This document shows positions 30,091 to 40,279 of a stretch of DNA of 64,000 bases, piece by piece (position 1 is the first letter of the stretch; each line of letters opens with the position of its first letter). Source of the stretch: a virus. The stretch lies in the IMG/VR virus record IMGVR_UViG_3300025816_000006, positions 64,001 to 128,000 of that record; one strand, written 5' to 3'. The translations under genes were made by a program, and so were the position numbers. The notes under the pieces were generated by a model that searched no databases, was not told where the DNA came from, and was given only the letters and a program-made list of their open reading frames with translations.

Positions 30091-30991
30091 ATGATATAAC
30101 CTTGTCTATGTCTTCTTGACTGAGTTGATCATGAAACGGCAAGCTAACAGTTTGTCTGGACTCTGCTTCTGATTTTGGTAAAGTTTGCAACATGATTTGG
30201 CTGGTTTGATATGCAGCTTTTCCGTGACAATGCTCATAGTGTACTCCGCATTGAATATTTTGCTCTTTCATTTTATTTACAAAATCAATGTTTGATTTAA
30301 CTCTGATTCTATATAAGTGCCTACTTGTATTATTATAACCAAACGCATCATTATATGCAAGTTTTATTTTATCTAATCTGTTATTTTTTTGACTTAAATT
30401 TTTAAGATTTTCATTTGCTATATATGCCTGAGCAGAAGTCCAATGCATTTTATAACCTGCGCAGCGCTGCTTTCTCTTCCAACTGTTATTATCAAAGCCA
30501 GTCCCATTCATTGTCATCGTTTGGAAGTGTTCAATTTTTTCTTTATTGTTTGACACTATTATTCCTCCGTCACAACCACTAACCGGCTTAGTGGGATAGA
30601 AACTAAATATCATAAGTGCATCATCATCTTTTAAATTTGCGTATTGATTTCTACTAACTTGCTGCGCTGAGTCGTATATATCTTCATGCAGGTGATAGCA
30701 ACTTCCTACCCATTCTATATCGTCGTAAAATTCTATTTTGTGATCTGAATTTACAATAGCATTAGGAACGACAATGGGTATTGTGCTTGGAATTTTTACT
30801 ATTTGATTTTGATGATATCTTTTTAGCGCCAAGAATATTAAGCTAGAAGCGCTATTTGCTGTGCAAGAATACTTTGCCCCGACATAACTAGCGAACGCTG
30901 CTTCAAACTCTTGAACTATTTCGCCGTGAAGCAAATTGCCAAGCACAGATGTGTCTATGATATGGTTCGGTATGTCAAAAAGTTTAATCAT
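30071..30991 (-). CDS. DegT/DnrJ PLP-dependent sugar aminotransferase (short form)
   Basis: FEAAFASYVG, DSAQ, FSFYPTK..DGG, HLY, GVHY, VSLPFH. Confidence 0.85.
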   Translation of the reverse strand: MIKLFDIPNHIIDTSVLGNLLHGEIVQEFEAAFASYVGAKYSCTANSASSLIFLALKRYHQNQIVKIPSTIPIVVPNAIVNSDHKIEFYDDIEWVGSCYHLHEDIYDSAQQVSRNQYANLKDDDALMIFSFYPTKPVSGCDGGIIVSNNKEKIEHFQTMTMNGTGFDNNSWKRKQRCAGYKMHWTSAQAYIANENLKNLSQKNNRLDKIKLAYNDAFGYNNTSRHLYRIRVKSNIDFVNKMKEQNIQCGVHYEHCHGKAAYQTSQIMLQTLPKSEAESRQTVSLPFHDQLSQEDIDKVISYAKKFR

Positions 30992-31601
30992 CTTTTTTTA
31001 ATAAAAATGTTTTTTTAGAATCTAGTCCATCGAAAGAATTACACATATAATCTAATGTAAATCCGCAATCTGTTATGGTTTTTTGTAATTCATCTTTAGA
31101 AACCGTGGAGTTAGTTGCTATTAGATTTTGACTATACGGTGTATACTCTTCTAAAGAAGTTTTCTCTCCCACATCTTGTCTATGAACTAATACGTATTTT
31201 TTTGATACAGTTAATATCTTAGCAAGTGTTTCTATTGGATTTTTCATTTCACTAATAAAAGCATTCATAAAAACTAAGTCGTAATTATTTAGAAAACTTA
31301 AATTATCTTTATCTACGTCAAACCTAATATAATTAAAATTTGACCTTTGAACTGATGCTACCTTATCTATCATATGTGGTAGATCTGCACCGGTATAATC
31401 TACATTATCGCTACCAACTGATTGGCAGACATCTCCAAACTCTGCGTTGCCGCAACCCACGTCGATAATACTTTTCACGTCACTTGTGGCTTCAAGACAC
31501 TTGCTTATACTCTCAAAGTGATCGCTGTGTACTACATGAGGAAATTTTCTATTGAATACTAGATTGCAGATCTCATCATTTTTCCAAGCATCTTTTTGCA
31601 T
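30984..31601 (-). CDS. Class I SAM-dependent methyltransferase
   Basis: IIDVGCGNA, YTGAD, YDLVF. Confidence 0.8.
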   Translation of the reverse strand: MQKDAWKNDEICNLVFNRKFPHVVHSDHFESISKCLEATSDVKSIIDVGCGNAEFGDVCQSVGSDNVDYTGADLPHMIDKVASVQRSNFNYIRFDVDKDNLSFLNNYDLVFMNAFISEMKNPIETLAKILTVSKKYVLVHRQDVGEKTSLEEYTPYSQNLIATNSTVSKDELQKTITDCGFTLDYMCNSFDGLDSKKTFLLKKDD

Positions 31602-32495
31602 TTAATTTCCTTTGTATTTAGATAGTTGTTCTTTAATCGCTTTATTTAATGTATCCACATTTTCTTGAATGCTTCTTGGGTGCTGACCCGAAAACTTATT
31701 TGTAAAACACTCACCTCTCACGTTTGGTTTAAACTCATGCACACCAAACCATTTTCTTTCTATCTGCATTTTTTTTGACTCGTCTCCTGTTACCCAAGGT
31801 AGGTATATTTGATTAAAGTAATCGTCAATACAAAGCTCTTTAGAAACACTGTCTTTGTAGTAAGAAACTTTTTTGTAAACTTGATCTGGGAACACATAAG
31901 AATAGTGATACATTTGCGCGCCTATCATATCATATAAAGTATTACTATCTACATGCTTTCTTGGTATATCTGGATTATATTTCATTGTTGGCGGGCGATG
32001 TGTGAGCCAAGTAGATCCCGGCTGATACTTAAATATCCTTAAAAAGTTATCACGATTTAATTCAAATCCAGTTAAGTAATTATCTAATCCGCCATAAAAT
32101 GAGCAGCTTCTAACGCCTACGCTTGTTGGTTCATATTTTTCCAAAAAAGAAATTATATTTTCTAGATCTTTTGATTTGTAAACTTCGTCAGAATCTAGAT
32201 TCCACAAATAATCTGTCTCGTCATCAATAAATTTCATATATGCTTTACATTGGTCATCTTTCTCTGAATATTGACCGTGTGTAATCTTTATCTTGTTTTC
32301 TGGATCTGGAAAGTTATCTAATATCTTATTTGTTCTGTCTGTAGATGTTGTTCTACCCTGTCTTTGCCAGTAATCAACTGGACCTTCTGCTATAAGTATT
32401 TGATGCGCAAAAGGATACACTTGCTCTAAACATTCTTTTAGAACATAATCGCCCTCAAATACTATCATACCAAATGTTATTTTTATATTAGACAA
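31602..32495 (-). CDS. GT2-like glycosyltransferase
   Basis: MIVFEG, STDRT, WNLDSDE (DxD), HYSYV. Confidence 0.8.
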   Translation of the reverse strand: MSNIKITFGMIVFEGDYVLKECLEQVYPFAHQILIAEGPVDYWQRQGRTTSTDRTNKILDNFPDPENKIKITHGQYSEKDDQCKAYMKFIDDETDYLWNLDSDEVYKSKDLENIISFLEKYEPTSVGVRSCSFYGGLDNYLTGFELNRDNFLRIFKYQPGSTWLTHRPPTMKYNPDIPRKHVDSNTLYDMIGAQMYHYSYVFPDQVYKKVSYYKDSVSKELCIDDYFNQIYLPWVTGDESKKMQIERKWFGVHEFKPNVRGECFTNKFSGQHPRSIQENVDTLNKAIKEQLSKYKGN

Positions 32496-33387
32496 AGTTG
32501 TACAACTCCTTGTGGTTTGGTTCCCAGTCTAGACTATCTCTTAGTTTTTGAGAGTTTATAGAGTATCTCCAGTCTTGTCCCATTCTATTGTCTATAAATT
32601 CGACATGCGATAAATAATCTTCTATTCCTTTCCATTGACACGCTTTTTCCACAACCTCTAGATTTTTTAAATAATTATATGCAGATACATTCCATATCTC
32701 GTTTTCTTTTTCAGAAAAGCATATTTTATAAATAGCGTCTACGTTATCTTTAACATAAAGCCAGTCTCTAACATAGCTGCCGTCTCCGTGGATTGGTATT
32801 TTCTGACCATTATCTAAGCTGTGTAGTATTCTAGGAATAAGCTTTTCAGGATATTGTCTATCGCCATAGTTATTCGTGCTTCTTACAATCTGATAGTTTA
32901 CACCAAACGTCCTAGCATATGAAAATATTAGCATTTCGGCAGCGGCTTTTGTGGCTGAGTATGGATTACTTGGATTTAAAATACTACTTTCTGTTTTGTC
33001 TTGTCCTTCAGTGTTTACGTCTCCGTATACTTCATCTGTGCTTATGTGAATGAATTTAGGCTTTTGATATATCTTTGCTCTAAGAAGGTTTAAGAGGTTG
33101 AATACGCCCTCTACGTTGGATTTTAAGAACACTTTTGGCGCTTCTATGGAATTATCTACATGAGACTCTGCCGCAAAATTAACAAGCACGTCACAAACTG
33201 GGATGTGGGTTATTTCTCCAACGTCTGCTTTTATGTGGGTGTATTGCGGGCTATTGTCCCAAGGTAGCGCAATGTTTGAGGCATAAGTCATTTTGTCTAT
33301 GTCTATAACTTCGTGACCTTCACCGATAACCTTTTCTACAAAATGGCTGCCAATAAAACCTCTGCCGCCTGTTACTACAAATATCAT
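32488..33387 (-). CDS. rfbB: dTDP-glucose 4,6-dehydratase
   Basis: TGGRGFIGS, FAAESHVDNS, HISTDEVYG, PYSATKA, NNYG.RQYPEKLIP, RDWLYVKD. Confidence 0.95.
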   Translation of the reverse strand: MIFVVTGGRGFIGSHFVEKVIGEGHEVIDIDKMTYASNIALPWDNSPQYTHIKADVGEITHIPVCDVLVNFAAESHVDNSIEAPKVFLKSNVEGVFNLLNLLRAKIYQKPKFIHISTDEVYGDVNTEGQDKTESSILNPSNPYSATKAAAEMLIFSYARTFGVNYQIVRSTNNYGDRQYPEKLIPRILHSLDNGQKIPIHGDGSYVRDWLYVKDNVDAIYKICFSEKENEIWNVSAYNYLKNLEVVEKACQWKGIEDYLSHVEFIDNRMGQDWRYSINSQKLRDSLDWEPNHKELYNFV

Positions 33388-34268
33388 TTTATAGCCTCCA
33401 AATTGTACTTCTTATGTGTCAGTTTTATTTGATCAAAATAATCATCGTAAATAAATTTAAGGTTTTCGTCTTGCGCATACAATTCCATAGGCGTAAAGCA
33501 GTAGTGTGTAGTAGAAGGAGTGTAACTATTTTCTGATAAAGAATATTCAAATTGTGAAAAATGACTGTAGAAAAGTTTCTCTACTTTACCGTTCCAAATA
33601 ATTGTCCCGTCTTTTTGGTAATTTTGAAAGTCATACAATTGCCATTCCCAAGGTGATCCATGACCAATATCGCCATCAATAAATATGTTTTCTTGATTGA
33701 TTTCTAAAAAAGCATCTAGATACCTTTGATCTCCACAGGTAGCTAATTCTGGATACTTTTTATGAAGCACTGCGTCTTTCCACCAAAAAAGGTAAGCTTT
33801 AGCAAGATCTGTGTTTTTAAAATGAACAACGCCTACATTAAATCTTCCGTTTGGGTTTGGTATATTTATCGGATATTGCCTATGTCTAAAAATACCAATA
33901 TCCTTTTGAGCCATTTTAAACAGCATATCTCTTACGCTTTGATGAAAAAAAATATCCGCATCTATGTAAGTAACATCTTCCTGTAGCTCGTTTACTAAAA
34001 AGTTTGTAAAATAAGAAGCTAGTGACCAACAAAAATATCTATAGTCGCTGTCTCTTAATTTTTGTAGCGCTTCGTCGGTTTCTAAAAAAACGTTTATATC
34101 GTAGGCTATAATTCTAGGGTCGTTAATAGTATTTAATTTCTTGTAGCTATCACTGTCTATACACAAGTAATGAATATTAAAATTTTCATCTAACTTGCTT
34201 AGTGACTCGTATAGTGTTAATCCTCTACATAGAAACTTATGATCAGAGACACAGCACAGATTAAGCAT
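33384..34268 (-). CDS. GT-A glycosyltransferase (GT8-like)
   Basis: YIDADIFF, FNVGV, DQRYLD, HFS. Confidence 0.75.
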   Translation of the reverse strand: MLNLCCVSDHKFLCRGLTLYESLSKLDENFNIHYLCIDSDSYKKLNTINDPRIIAYDINVFLETDEALQKLRDSDYRYFCWSLASYFTNFLVNELQEDVTYIDADIFFHQSVRDMLFKMAQKDIGIFRHRQYPINIPNPNGRFNVGVVHFKNTDLAKAYLFWWKDAVLHKKYPELATCGDQRYLDAFLEINQENIFIDGDIGHGSPWEWQLYDFQNYQKDGTIIWNGKVEKLFYSHFSQFEYSLSENSYTPSTTHYCFTPMELYAQDENLKFIYDDYFDQIKLTHKKYNLEAIK

Positions 34269-34908
34269 TGTTCACCTTTAAATAAAGTCCATCACCCCAA
34301 GTTTCACCGTCTTGTTGCCAGTAGGTTGCTATTCTTTGAAAGTCTCTTTCAAATAAATATTGATCCATGTCATCTACAAGTGCGCAACCTTCGTACATTT
34401 CTTTTTTGTTTATCTCTGTTAGCACTAAGTCTACATGCTTCAGTGTCTCTTCTGCGCCCTTAAAAACTTCTAACTCGTAGCCTTGAACATCTATATTGAT
34501 AAAATTATATTTTTCTCTATCAAACTCTTCGTCGTCTAGTTTTGTTATTTTTACAGTTTCTGTTTTTTCAAACTTAATTTGTGGGTACTGTTCTAGATGG
34601 TGTTTTGGTTTTAGAACGGAAGACGACAAACCTCTGTCCTCTAGGTGCATTTCTACGGTTCCGTTTGTATTTCCTAGTGCTATATTTCTAGCATCCACTA
34701 AAAAATCTGTGCCTATCGTCTTCTTTAGTCTTTCAAAGTTATCCGGCAGCGCCTCATAAAACAAAAGATTGCTTATGTCGAACTGTTTGTACAGTGGGTA
34801 TTCTTGACCTACGTGTGCGCCAATGTGAATACAACCTTTTATCTGTAGGTTTATGCCTTGATTTCTAATGTGTGCCATTAAATTTGGCAATTGTCCTAAT
34901 ATTTCCAC
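34261..34908 (-). CDS. FkbM-family methyltransferase
   Basis: HIGAHVG, SSVL, NIDVQGYELEVFKG, WGDGLY. Confidence 0.9.
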   Translation of the reverse strand: MEILGQLPNLMAHIRNQGINLQIKGCIHIGAHVGQEYPLYKQFDISNLLFYEALPDNFERLKKTIGTDFLVDARNIALGNTNGTVEMHLEDRGLSSSVLKPKHHLEQYPQIKFEKTETVKITKLDDEEFDREKYNFINIDVQGYELEVFKGAEETLKHVDLVLTEINKKEMYEGCALVDDMDQYLFERDFQRIATYWQQDGETWGDGLYLKVNNA

Positions 34909-34917
34909 AGCTTTCTC

Positions 34918-35619
34918 CTAGTCGTTTGTTATTTTTTGTTTGGGAAATCCTAGCTCTTTTCTCTTTTCAAAAACCATTTGATCTCTTCCAGAGTAATGTA
35001 AAGTTTTTACGGTAGCGTTATCATGCTGTGAATCTTTCTTGAGGCTATAATGGTCATGTTTAATTATTACTTTGTTTATATACTTCTCTTTGTCTAAACG
35101 TTTTACTTCTTGTGTAAATTCGTCATCACAGTATAGGCTCTTATAATCTGGGTGATAGATGTAGCCAAAATAATCATACAGCTTCTTGCCTAGGATAGAG
35201 AATGTAATAAGTTCGCCATTTGTGTTACCGTCGTTGAAGTGAACGCAACCATCTAGATCAGGAAAGTGTTGATTCATGGCGTTGGCGATTTCTACGTCCC
35301 AATACCAAACCTTTGGAATCATGTCGTCTGACGCGCAAATAACAACGTCAAAATCTTTACCTTCTATGTGATCGTTGATTGCACTAATCTTGTCTGTGTT
35401 TTTATCAAACCAAACAGTGCCGTCTACATTATTTTTAACTTTGAGTAACCTGTGAATTTCATTGACCACTTGCTGATCCGTCATTGTTAAATCATCCACA
35501 TCGCAGTTAATATTAAAAAATATCTCATTCTTTTCGCTACAAGTCTCAATGTATTGCTTGAGTACATCTAAAAACTTTTTTGGTCTACTGTAGGTGGGAA
35601 ACTGTGTTAGTAATTTCAT
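34918..35619 (-). CDS. GT-A (GT2-like) glycosyltransferase
   Basis: PTYSRP, ASDDM, YCDDE, IKHDH. Confidence 0.75.
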   Translation of the reverse strand: MKLLTQFPTYSRPKKFLDVLKQYIETCSEKNEIFFNINCDVDDLTMTDQQVVNEIHRLLKVKNNVDGTVWFDKNTDKISAINDHIEGKDFDVVICASDDMIPKVWYWDVEIANAMNQHFPDLDGCVHFNDGNTNGELITFSILGKKLYDYFGYIYHPDYKSLYCDDEFTQEVKRLDKEKYINKVIIKHDHYSLKKDSQHDNATVKTLHYSGRDQMVFEKRKELGFPKQKITND

Positions 35620-36491
35620 ATCTGTTTTGCTATCTCCAGTAGAGTTTTTGAAACTTCTTCTTCTCCTAGCTCTGCCGCCAGTTGCGCCGCCCTATTGAAA
35701 CAACTGTGATGTTTTTTTATCTGCTGTTTTATATTATCTATGTTTGGTGTGTCTTTTTCTTCGTAAAACAGAGTTGCTAGAACCTGATTAAAAAGTTCTT
35801 TTTGTTCTTCTGGAACTCTCACTGTTAGTTTTTCTGCTTTTACAAAACCGTCAAAAAATACTTGTGAACATGTAAAGTTTACATCGCCTGTTAATACTAC
35901 TTCTTGGTATTTTTCATAAAGAGAATTCATATTCAGCACGTTTGCTTGTAAGTCAAAATTGGGATCTGGATTGTCTGCTAAGACAATCTTATGATATGTG
36001 TCATACATCTTGCAAGCTTCTGAAAATTTGTCGCACACCCTGTTTGAAATAATTGCTGCTTTTATATTATAGTCAGGAGTAGGGGTTTTGTTAGAAAAAA
36101 TATCGTAACAAGGCAAAATATTTACAATTTTTCTAGAGCCATAATTTACATTATTAAGAAATTTGTAATCTTGAGACATGAAGAAGGGACATTCTATCCC
36201 TTGGCTTGTCACTAATTGATTTAGATTATCAAAAATATTTTGATCTATACCTGTTATGTCTATAACAATTTTAATTTTGTTACCACTAAGATATGAAATT
36301 AAATCTTGTTGTATCGTTTGAAAACTAGTGATCAGGACATCCGGGCGCTCCGAGTCTAGCTTGTCATATACACTAATTGGCTCATTAAGATTCCATAGCT
36401 TACAGTCAACACCAATTTTAGAAAAGCACTCGTTCAGGTACATGGGCTGATTTGAGCATGAGTTTGAATAATTTTGAATTAATAGTTTCAT
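35616..36491 (-). CDS. Hypothetical protein, degenerate GT-B/CgeB-like
   Basis: MKLLI.., ERPDVLI, C-terminal HHSCFNRA resembling the CgeB/GT HTY..R motif. Confidence 0.5.
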   Translation of the reverse strand: MKLLIQNYSNSCSNQPMYLNECFSKIGVDCKLWNLNEPISVYDKLDSERPDVLITSFQTIQQDLISYLSGNKIKIVIDITGIDQNIFDNLNQLVTSQGIECPFFMSQDYKFLNNVNYGSRKIVNILPCYDIFSNKTPTPDYNIKAAIISNRVCDKFSEACKMYDTYHKIVLADNPDPNFDLQANVLNMNSLYEKYQEVVLTGDVNFTCSQVFFDGFVKAEKLTVRVPEEQKELFNQVLATLFYEEKDTPNIDNIKQQIKKHHSCFNRAAQLAAELGEEEVSKTLLEIAKQI

Positions 36492-37231
36492 TGTTTAATT
36501 CTCTTTAAGGTTTTTATATTGTTTAGTTTTGTTATCTTGTTTTTACCGACATCTGTAACGGAAACCGTGTTGTTTTTAAGAAGTTCATTTATTGCTTCAA
36601 ACATAAACTTATTTTTAAAATCAGGATTTGATACTATTGAATAAAATTGATCCACGACCCCTTGGCCGTTTAAGTATAAATTTTCTGTCCAGAAATCAGC
36701 TTTTTCTCCTAAACAAAACGATTGTAGTTTTTTCTTATTTACTATAGCCGAAACAAAAAACTCTGATTTAAAATTTTCTTGCTGTACATTTATTGATGTT
36801 TTTTTATAGTCAATAGAAGATAAGTAAGAAGGCGTTAATAAGATATTGCCAGAGCATATCAATATCTTAGTATTCATAGTATTGTTTAGACATAATCTTG
36901 CGCTTTCGCAGCAGTTTGAATTGTAATGTAATTGATTTTCTACAATCCTTATGTTTTCTTTTTTAAAATTATTTTTAACGTATTCTGTTGTTTTTTTAGC
37001 ATCAAAGCCAGAGCATAATATTATTTCATATCTAGGAAATACTGCTTTTATTGCTTCTATTTGTTTTTGTAAAAGTGTTTTTGCGTCTACTTTTAGCAAT
37101 GGTATCGGCCCATAAGATTTCATCCTATGTCCGTGATTCTCGCCAAGTAAAACCACTGTCACATAGTCTTTTACTATGTCCTCTTTACGATGCGGCTCTT
37201 TTGCTGATATTATGTACTTTTCTGTTCTCAT
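36488..37231 (-). CDS. Sugar-phosphate/choline nucleotidyltransferase-like protein (divergent)
   Basis: VVLLGENHGHRMKSYGP.PLLKV..TLLQKQI, ENQ.H..SN..ES. Confidence 0.65.
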   Translation of the reverse strand: MRTEKYIISAKEPHRKEDIVKDYVTVVLLGENHGHRMKSYGPIPLLKVDAKTLLQKQIEAIKAVFPRYEIILCSGFDAKKTTEYVKNNFKKENIRIVENQLHYNSNCCESARLCLNNTMNTKILICSGNILLTPSYLSSIDYKKTSINVQQENFKSEFFVSAIVNKKKLQSFCLGEKADFWTENLYLNGQGVVDQFYSIVSNPDFKNKFMFEAINELLKNNTVSVTDVGKNKITKLNNIKTLKRIKQ

Positions 37232-37797
37232 TTTATATTTTTAAATAAATTATCTTGTTTAGATTTTTCTATCAATTTGTCTGAAGTTTTATCGTAGTCA
37301 TTAAATAATAAATAGTTTCTTGAGACTAGTTTATAAGGGAGTGCCACTAAATCATTATAGACCAAGACCGTATCTTTTTTTGTAATATTCTCATTTATTT
37401 TTACAAAAAAATCTGATGGTATTTGTTGATCCACATTCATCTTGACTAGATAGTTTGCATGTTGACATAAAGAAAAAGCATTGTGTTCTACCTCTGTCTT
37501 TGTCTCTAATCCATGATTCATTAGTAGTCTAGTGTGCTTAAATTTTTCTAGTAACGTGTTAATATAATTTATGTAAACATTTGGGTTTTTATTGATGTGC
37601 GAAGACACTATTATTTTTAATTTCCCTGATGGATAATCTATTTTTAGTAAAGAGTCAATCGCTTCTTCTATGTTGGAAGCTTCTTTAGAATCAAATAGCA
37701 CCAACCCAAACAGTAGCTGTTGACTAAGACGCTCTTCTTTCTGCTGTGACTTCATAAAAAGCTCCGTTGATTGTAGAAGACTTGACAAATAACCCAA
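37228..37797 (-). CDS. Hypothetical protein, degenerate GT2-like (start possibly 37755)
   Basis: EEAIDSLLKIDYP..LKIIV resembles a GT2 N-terminus; no DxD. Confidence 0.45.
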   Translation of the reverse strand: MGYLSSLLQSTELFMKSQQKEERLSQQLLFGLVLFDSKEASNIEEAIDSLLKIDYPSGKLKIIVSSHINKNPNVYINYINTLLEKFKHTRLLMNHGLETKTEVEHNAFSLCQHANYLVKMNVDQQIPSDFFVKINENITKKDTVLVYNDLVALPYKLVSRNYLLFNDYDKTSDKLIEKSKQDNLFKNIK

Positions 37798-38146
37798 AAG
37801 ACCTAAGCTTGTTTTTTACTGAATCAATTGTTGACAAAGAAAGGCTTTTTCCAATAATTGCAGACGCGCTATCTTCATCTGTCATTCCGTTTATAACGTT
37901 TTTAAAGAAACATCTTAGCTCTACGCCAGAGACAACGACAGATCCTCCTGATCGTAACTTAGAGCATATCAAATTTAAAAAATCTGTTGGACTAGGTGTG
38001 TTATCTAAAGCGCCCTTAGCTATTATTAACTCACAAGAATTATTAGCAACATTATCTAGATTTAGATTTTGATTTTGCTGGTTTAGGAAAACAGTATCAA
38101 AGCCTTCAATTTTTTGTGACTCATCTTCTATAATTTGTAATTTCAT
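37724..38146 (-). CDS. Truncated/degenerate methyltransferase-like protein
   Basis: NSCELIIA..ALD, SKLRSGGSVVV (motifs II/III); motif I absent. Confidence 0.5.
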   Translation of the reverse strand: MKLQIIEDESQKIEGFDTVFLNQQNQNLNLDNVANNSCELIIAKGALDNTPSPTDFLNLICSKLRSGGSVVVSGVELRCFFKNVINGMTDEDSASAIIGKSLSLSTIDSVKNKLRSFGLFVKSSTINGAFYEVTAERRAS

Positions 38147-39129
38147 TTTTTCATCCCGTATGCGAGGTCAAATACTTCGTTCCAATTGTTTATAAATTTA
38201 TCTTCTGAAAACTTTTCTAAGATTGTTTCTCTTGCTGCCTGTCCCATTTTAGCTGCTAGCGAAGGATCTTCAAGTAGCTCCTTGGCGTACCCCTTCAAGT
38301 CTTGCTCGTTGTTTGAGATATATCCATTAACGCCATTCTTTATTATTTCTGGTATCATACATGTAGCAGTAGACACAACCGCACAACCGCATGACATGGC
38401 CTCTAAGAGCGATGTAGGCACAGGGCTTACTGTAGACGTATTTAAGAAAACGGACGCTTCCTGATACTCTGATGCTAGCTCATGGATGTCTTTTGCTGGC
38501 TTGGAAAGCCCCGGAGTGTTACCCACCAGTTTAACTGGTAGTCCTTCTGTAATTCTTTTCCAGCCAGAATAATTACAACAATAATCTCTATTTACAAAAT
38601 CGTTTACAACACTTAAAACTTTTCCATTCTTTTCTGTGTCATGTATTTTAAAAAGCTCTGTGTCTACTGAGTGATGGATAACTCTATTGTCGCAGTTCAT
38701 GTTCCATTTGCCAGCAGAGTATTCTGATATAAATACATTAATATTACCAGCCATAGATCTAAAATTATTCAACTGACTTTCCGGCCAGTTGTCTATAGGT
38801 AGGGTATGCTCAAGAGAAACAATGGGTAAACCAAGTCTTTGATTAATACTGTGCGCTGCTTGAAATTGACCAAATTTACTATGAGATAAAATAAAATCAA
38901 AATCTATACTTGTCATAATAGAATTTTTAGGCATAACGTAATAGTTTTCTGGAAGTTCTGAATAGTTGTTATCCCACTCTTTACATCCGTCATACCTAAA
39001 AGAAAAGAAATTATGACCAGTCTTTGCTTGTTGGTACTGGTATCTTTCATGTGTATCAAAAGTTAAAATATTGTATTTATCTTTCTTTTGTGTGGCTTTG
39101 CTTATAATAGAAGCTGTCTGACTACTCAT
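38143..39129 (-). CDS. GT4 (GT-B) glycosyltransferase
   Basis: VFLNTS..SPVPTSLLEAMSCGCAVVS, IIKNGVNG. Confidence 0.9.
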   Translation of the reverse strand: MSSQTASIISKATQKKDKYNILTFDTHERYQYQQAKTGHNFFSFRYDGCKEWDNNYSELPENYYVMPKNSIMTSIDFDFILSHSKFGQFQAAHSINQRLGLPIVSLEHTLPIDNWPESQLNNFRSMAGNINVFISEYSAGKWNMNCDNRVIHHSVDTELFKIHDTEKNGKVLSVVNDFVNRDYCCNYSGWKRITEGLPVKLVGNTPGLSKPAKDIHELASEYQEASVFLNTSTVSPVPTSLLEAMSCGCAVVSTATCMIPEIIKNGVNGYISNNEQDLKGYAKELLEDPSLAAKMGQAARETILEKFSEDKFINNWNEVFDLAYGMKK

Positions 39130-40279
39130 TAATAATATCCTTCATCAATTTTCCAATGTTTTCGTAAGAGAACATCTCTGCTCTTTTTAGTCCTGCTGCT
39201 TGATTTCTGTTTTTATACATAATAGGATTTTTATTCCAAGAATCAAAATACTGTCTCATTTGCTTTCTAGTACCCATTTCGCATGGTTGAAACCAGTATT
39301 CTCTACCCGTAAAGATGTCTGGAAAAGCAGCATCTGAACATTTACAAACAGAAAAAGCGCCATCCACTAAATGTCCAGTTTTCCAGTCTGATTTATCTAT
39401 AAACTCTTTTGGTCCACCAAAATTACTACAGATGGGAGTGTTGCCAAAAGCCATAGCGTCAAAAGAAGGAATAGACCAAGCCTCGCCGTGGGTAGGACAT
39501 AAGAAACAATCCATGTTTTGATGAATAGAACATATGTCTTCGTCGGATGTTTTATCAGAGATGATGACGAGCTTTTTGTATTCATTAACATCTTGATGCA
39601 TTCTAAGGGAGGATTTTACCTTTGTTGAAATTTTATCAACATGCTCTGATATTTGCTCTGGAGAATATCCGAATTTGTTTATTTTTAATATTAAAGAAGC
39701 TTTTTCTGATCTATCGAACTCACTAAAGAAACAAGTAAGTATAGACTCTATATTTTTTCTGTCGTTAACGTCGCCAATATAGTAAAACTTAAAACAGTTT
39801 TCTGTATCTGGAATAGAAAGTTCTGTATATCTTTTTTTGTATTTAGCGGTATCGCAAGTATGTGGTACAATCTTTACGTTTTCTATTCCATCTCCTTTTA
39901 TCGCTTTTTCGGAGTCTTTATTTGCAACCCAGACTTGATCTACCTGTTTTAAAAATTCAGTCCAAGGTAAATGAGTAATATCTAGAGTTTCCGTTTCAAC
40001 AAAGGCAATATTTTTATCAAAACCATCTGAACCCACAATATGATGCGGTAAGACGTGTTGAATACAAATATTACAACCTTCTGTGCTTTTTGATTCTAGC
40101 GCTAAAATTCTTTTGTCAACGTCTTTCCTATCCTGAGTTAGTGTGACATTTCTGCAAACAACATCTACGCCAATCTTATCTAAAGCCAAAATGTTGTCTA
40201 TTGCAGCTTGTGACCAGCCACCAAACTCTTTATAGTGTCCTATGTATAAAACTTTCATATATTCATTGTCTCCAAGCAA
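39122..40279 (-). CDS. GT4 glycosyltransferase (likely start 40258)
   Basis: MKVLYIG, RKN, PTHGEAWSIPSFDAMAFG. Confidence 0.85.
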   Translation of the reverse strand: MLGDNEYMKVLYIGHYKEFGGWSQAAIDNILALDKIGVDVVCRNVTLTQDRKDVDKRILALESKSTEGCNICIQHVLPHHIVGSDGFDKNIAFVETETLDITHLPWTEFLKQVDQVWVANKDSEKAIKGDGIENVKIVPHTCDTAKYKKRYTELSIPDTENCFKFYYIGDVNDRKNIESILTCFFSEFDRSEKASLILKINKFGYSPEQISEHVDKISTKVKSSLRMHQDVNEYKKLVIISDKTSDEDICSIHQNMDCFLCPTHGEAWSIPSFDAMAFGNTPICSNFGGPKEFIDKSDWKTGHLVDGAFSVCKCSDAAFPDIFTGREYWFQPCEMGTRKQMRQYFDSWNKNPIMYKNRNQAAGLKRAEMFSYENIGKLMKDIINE

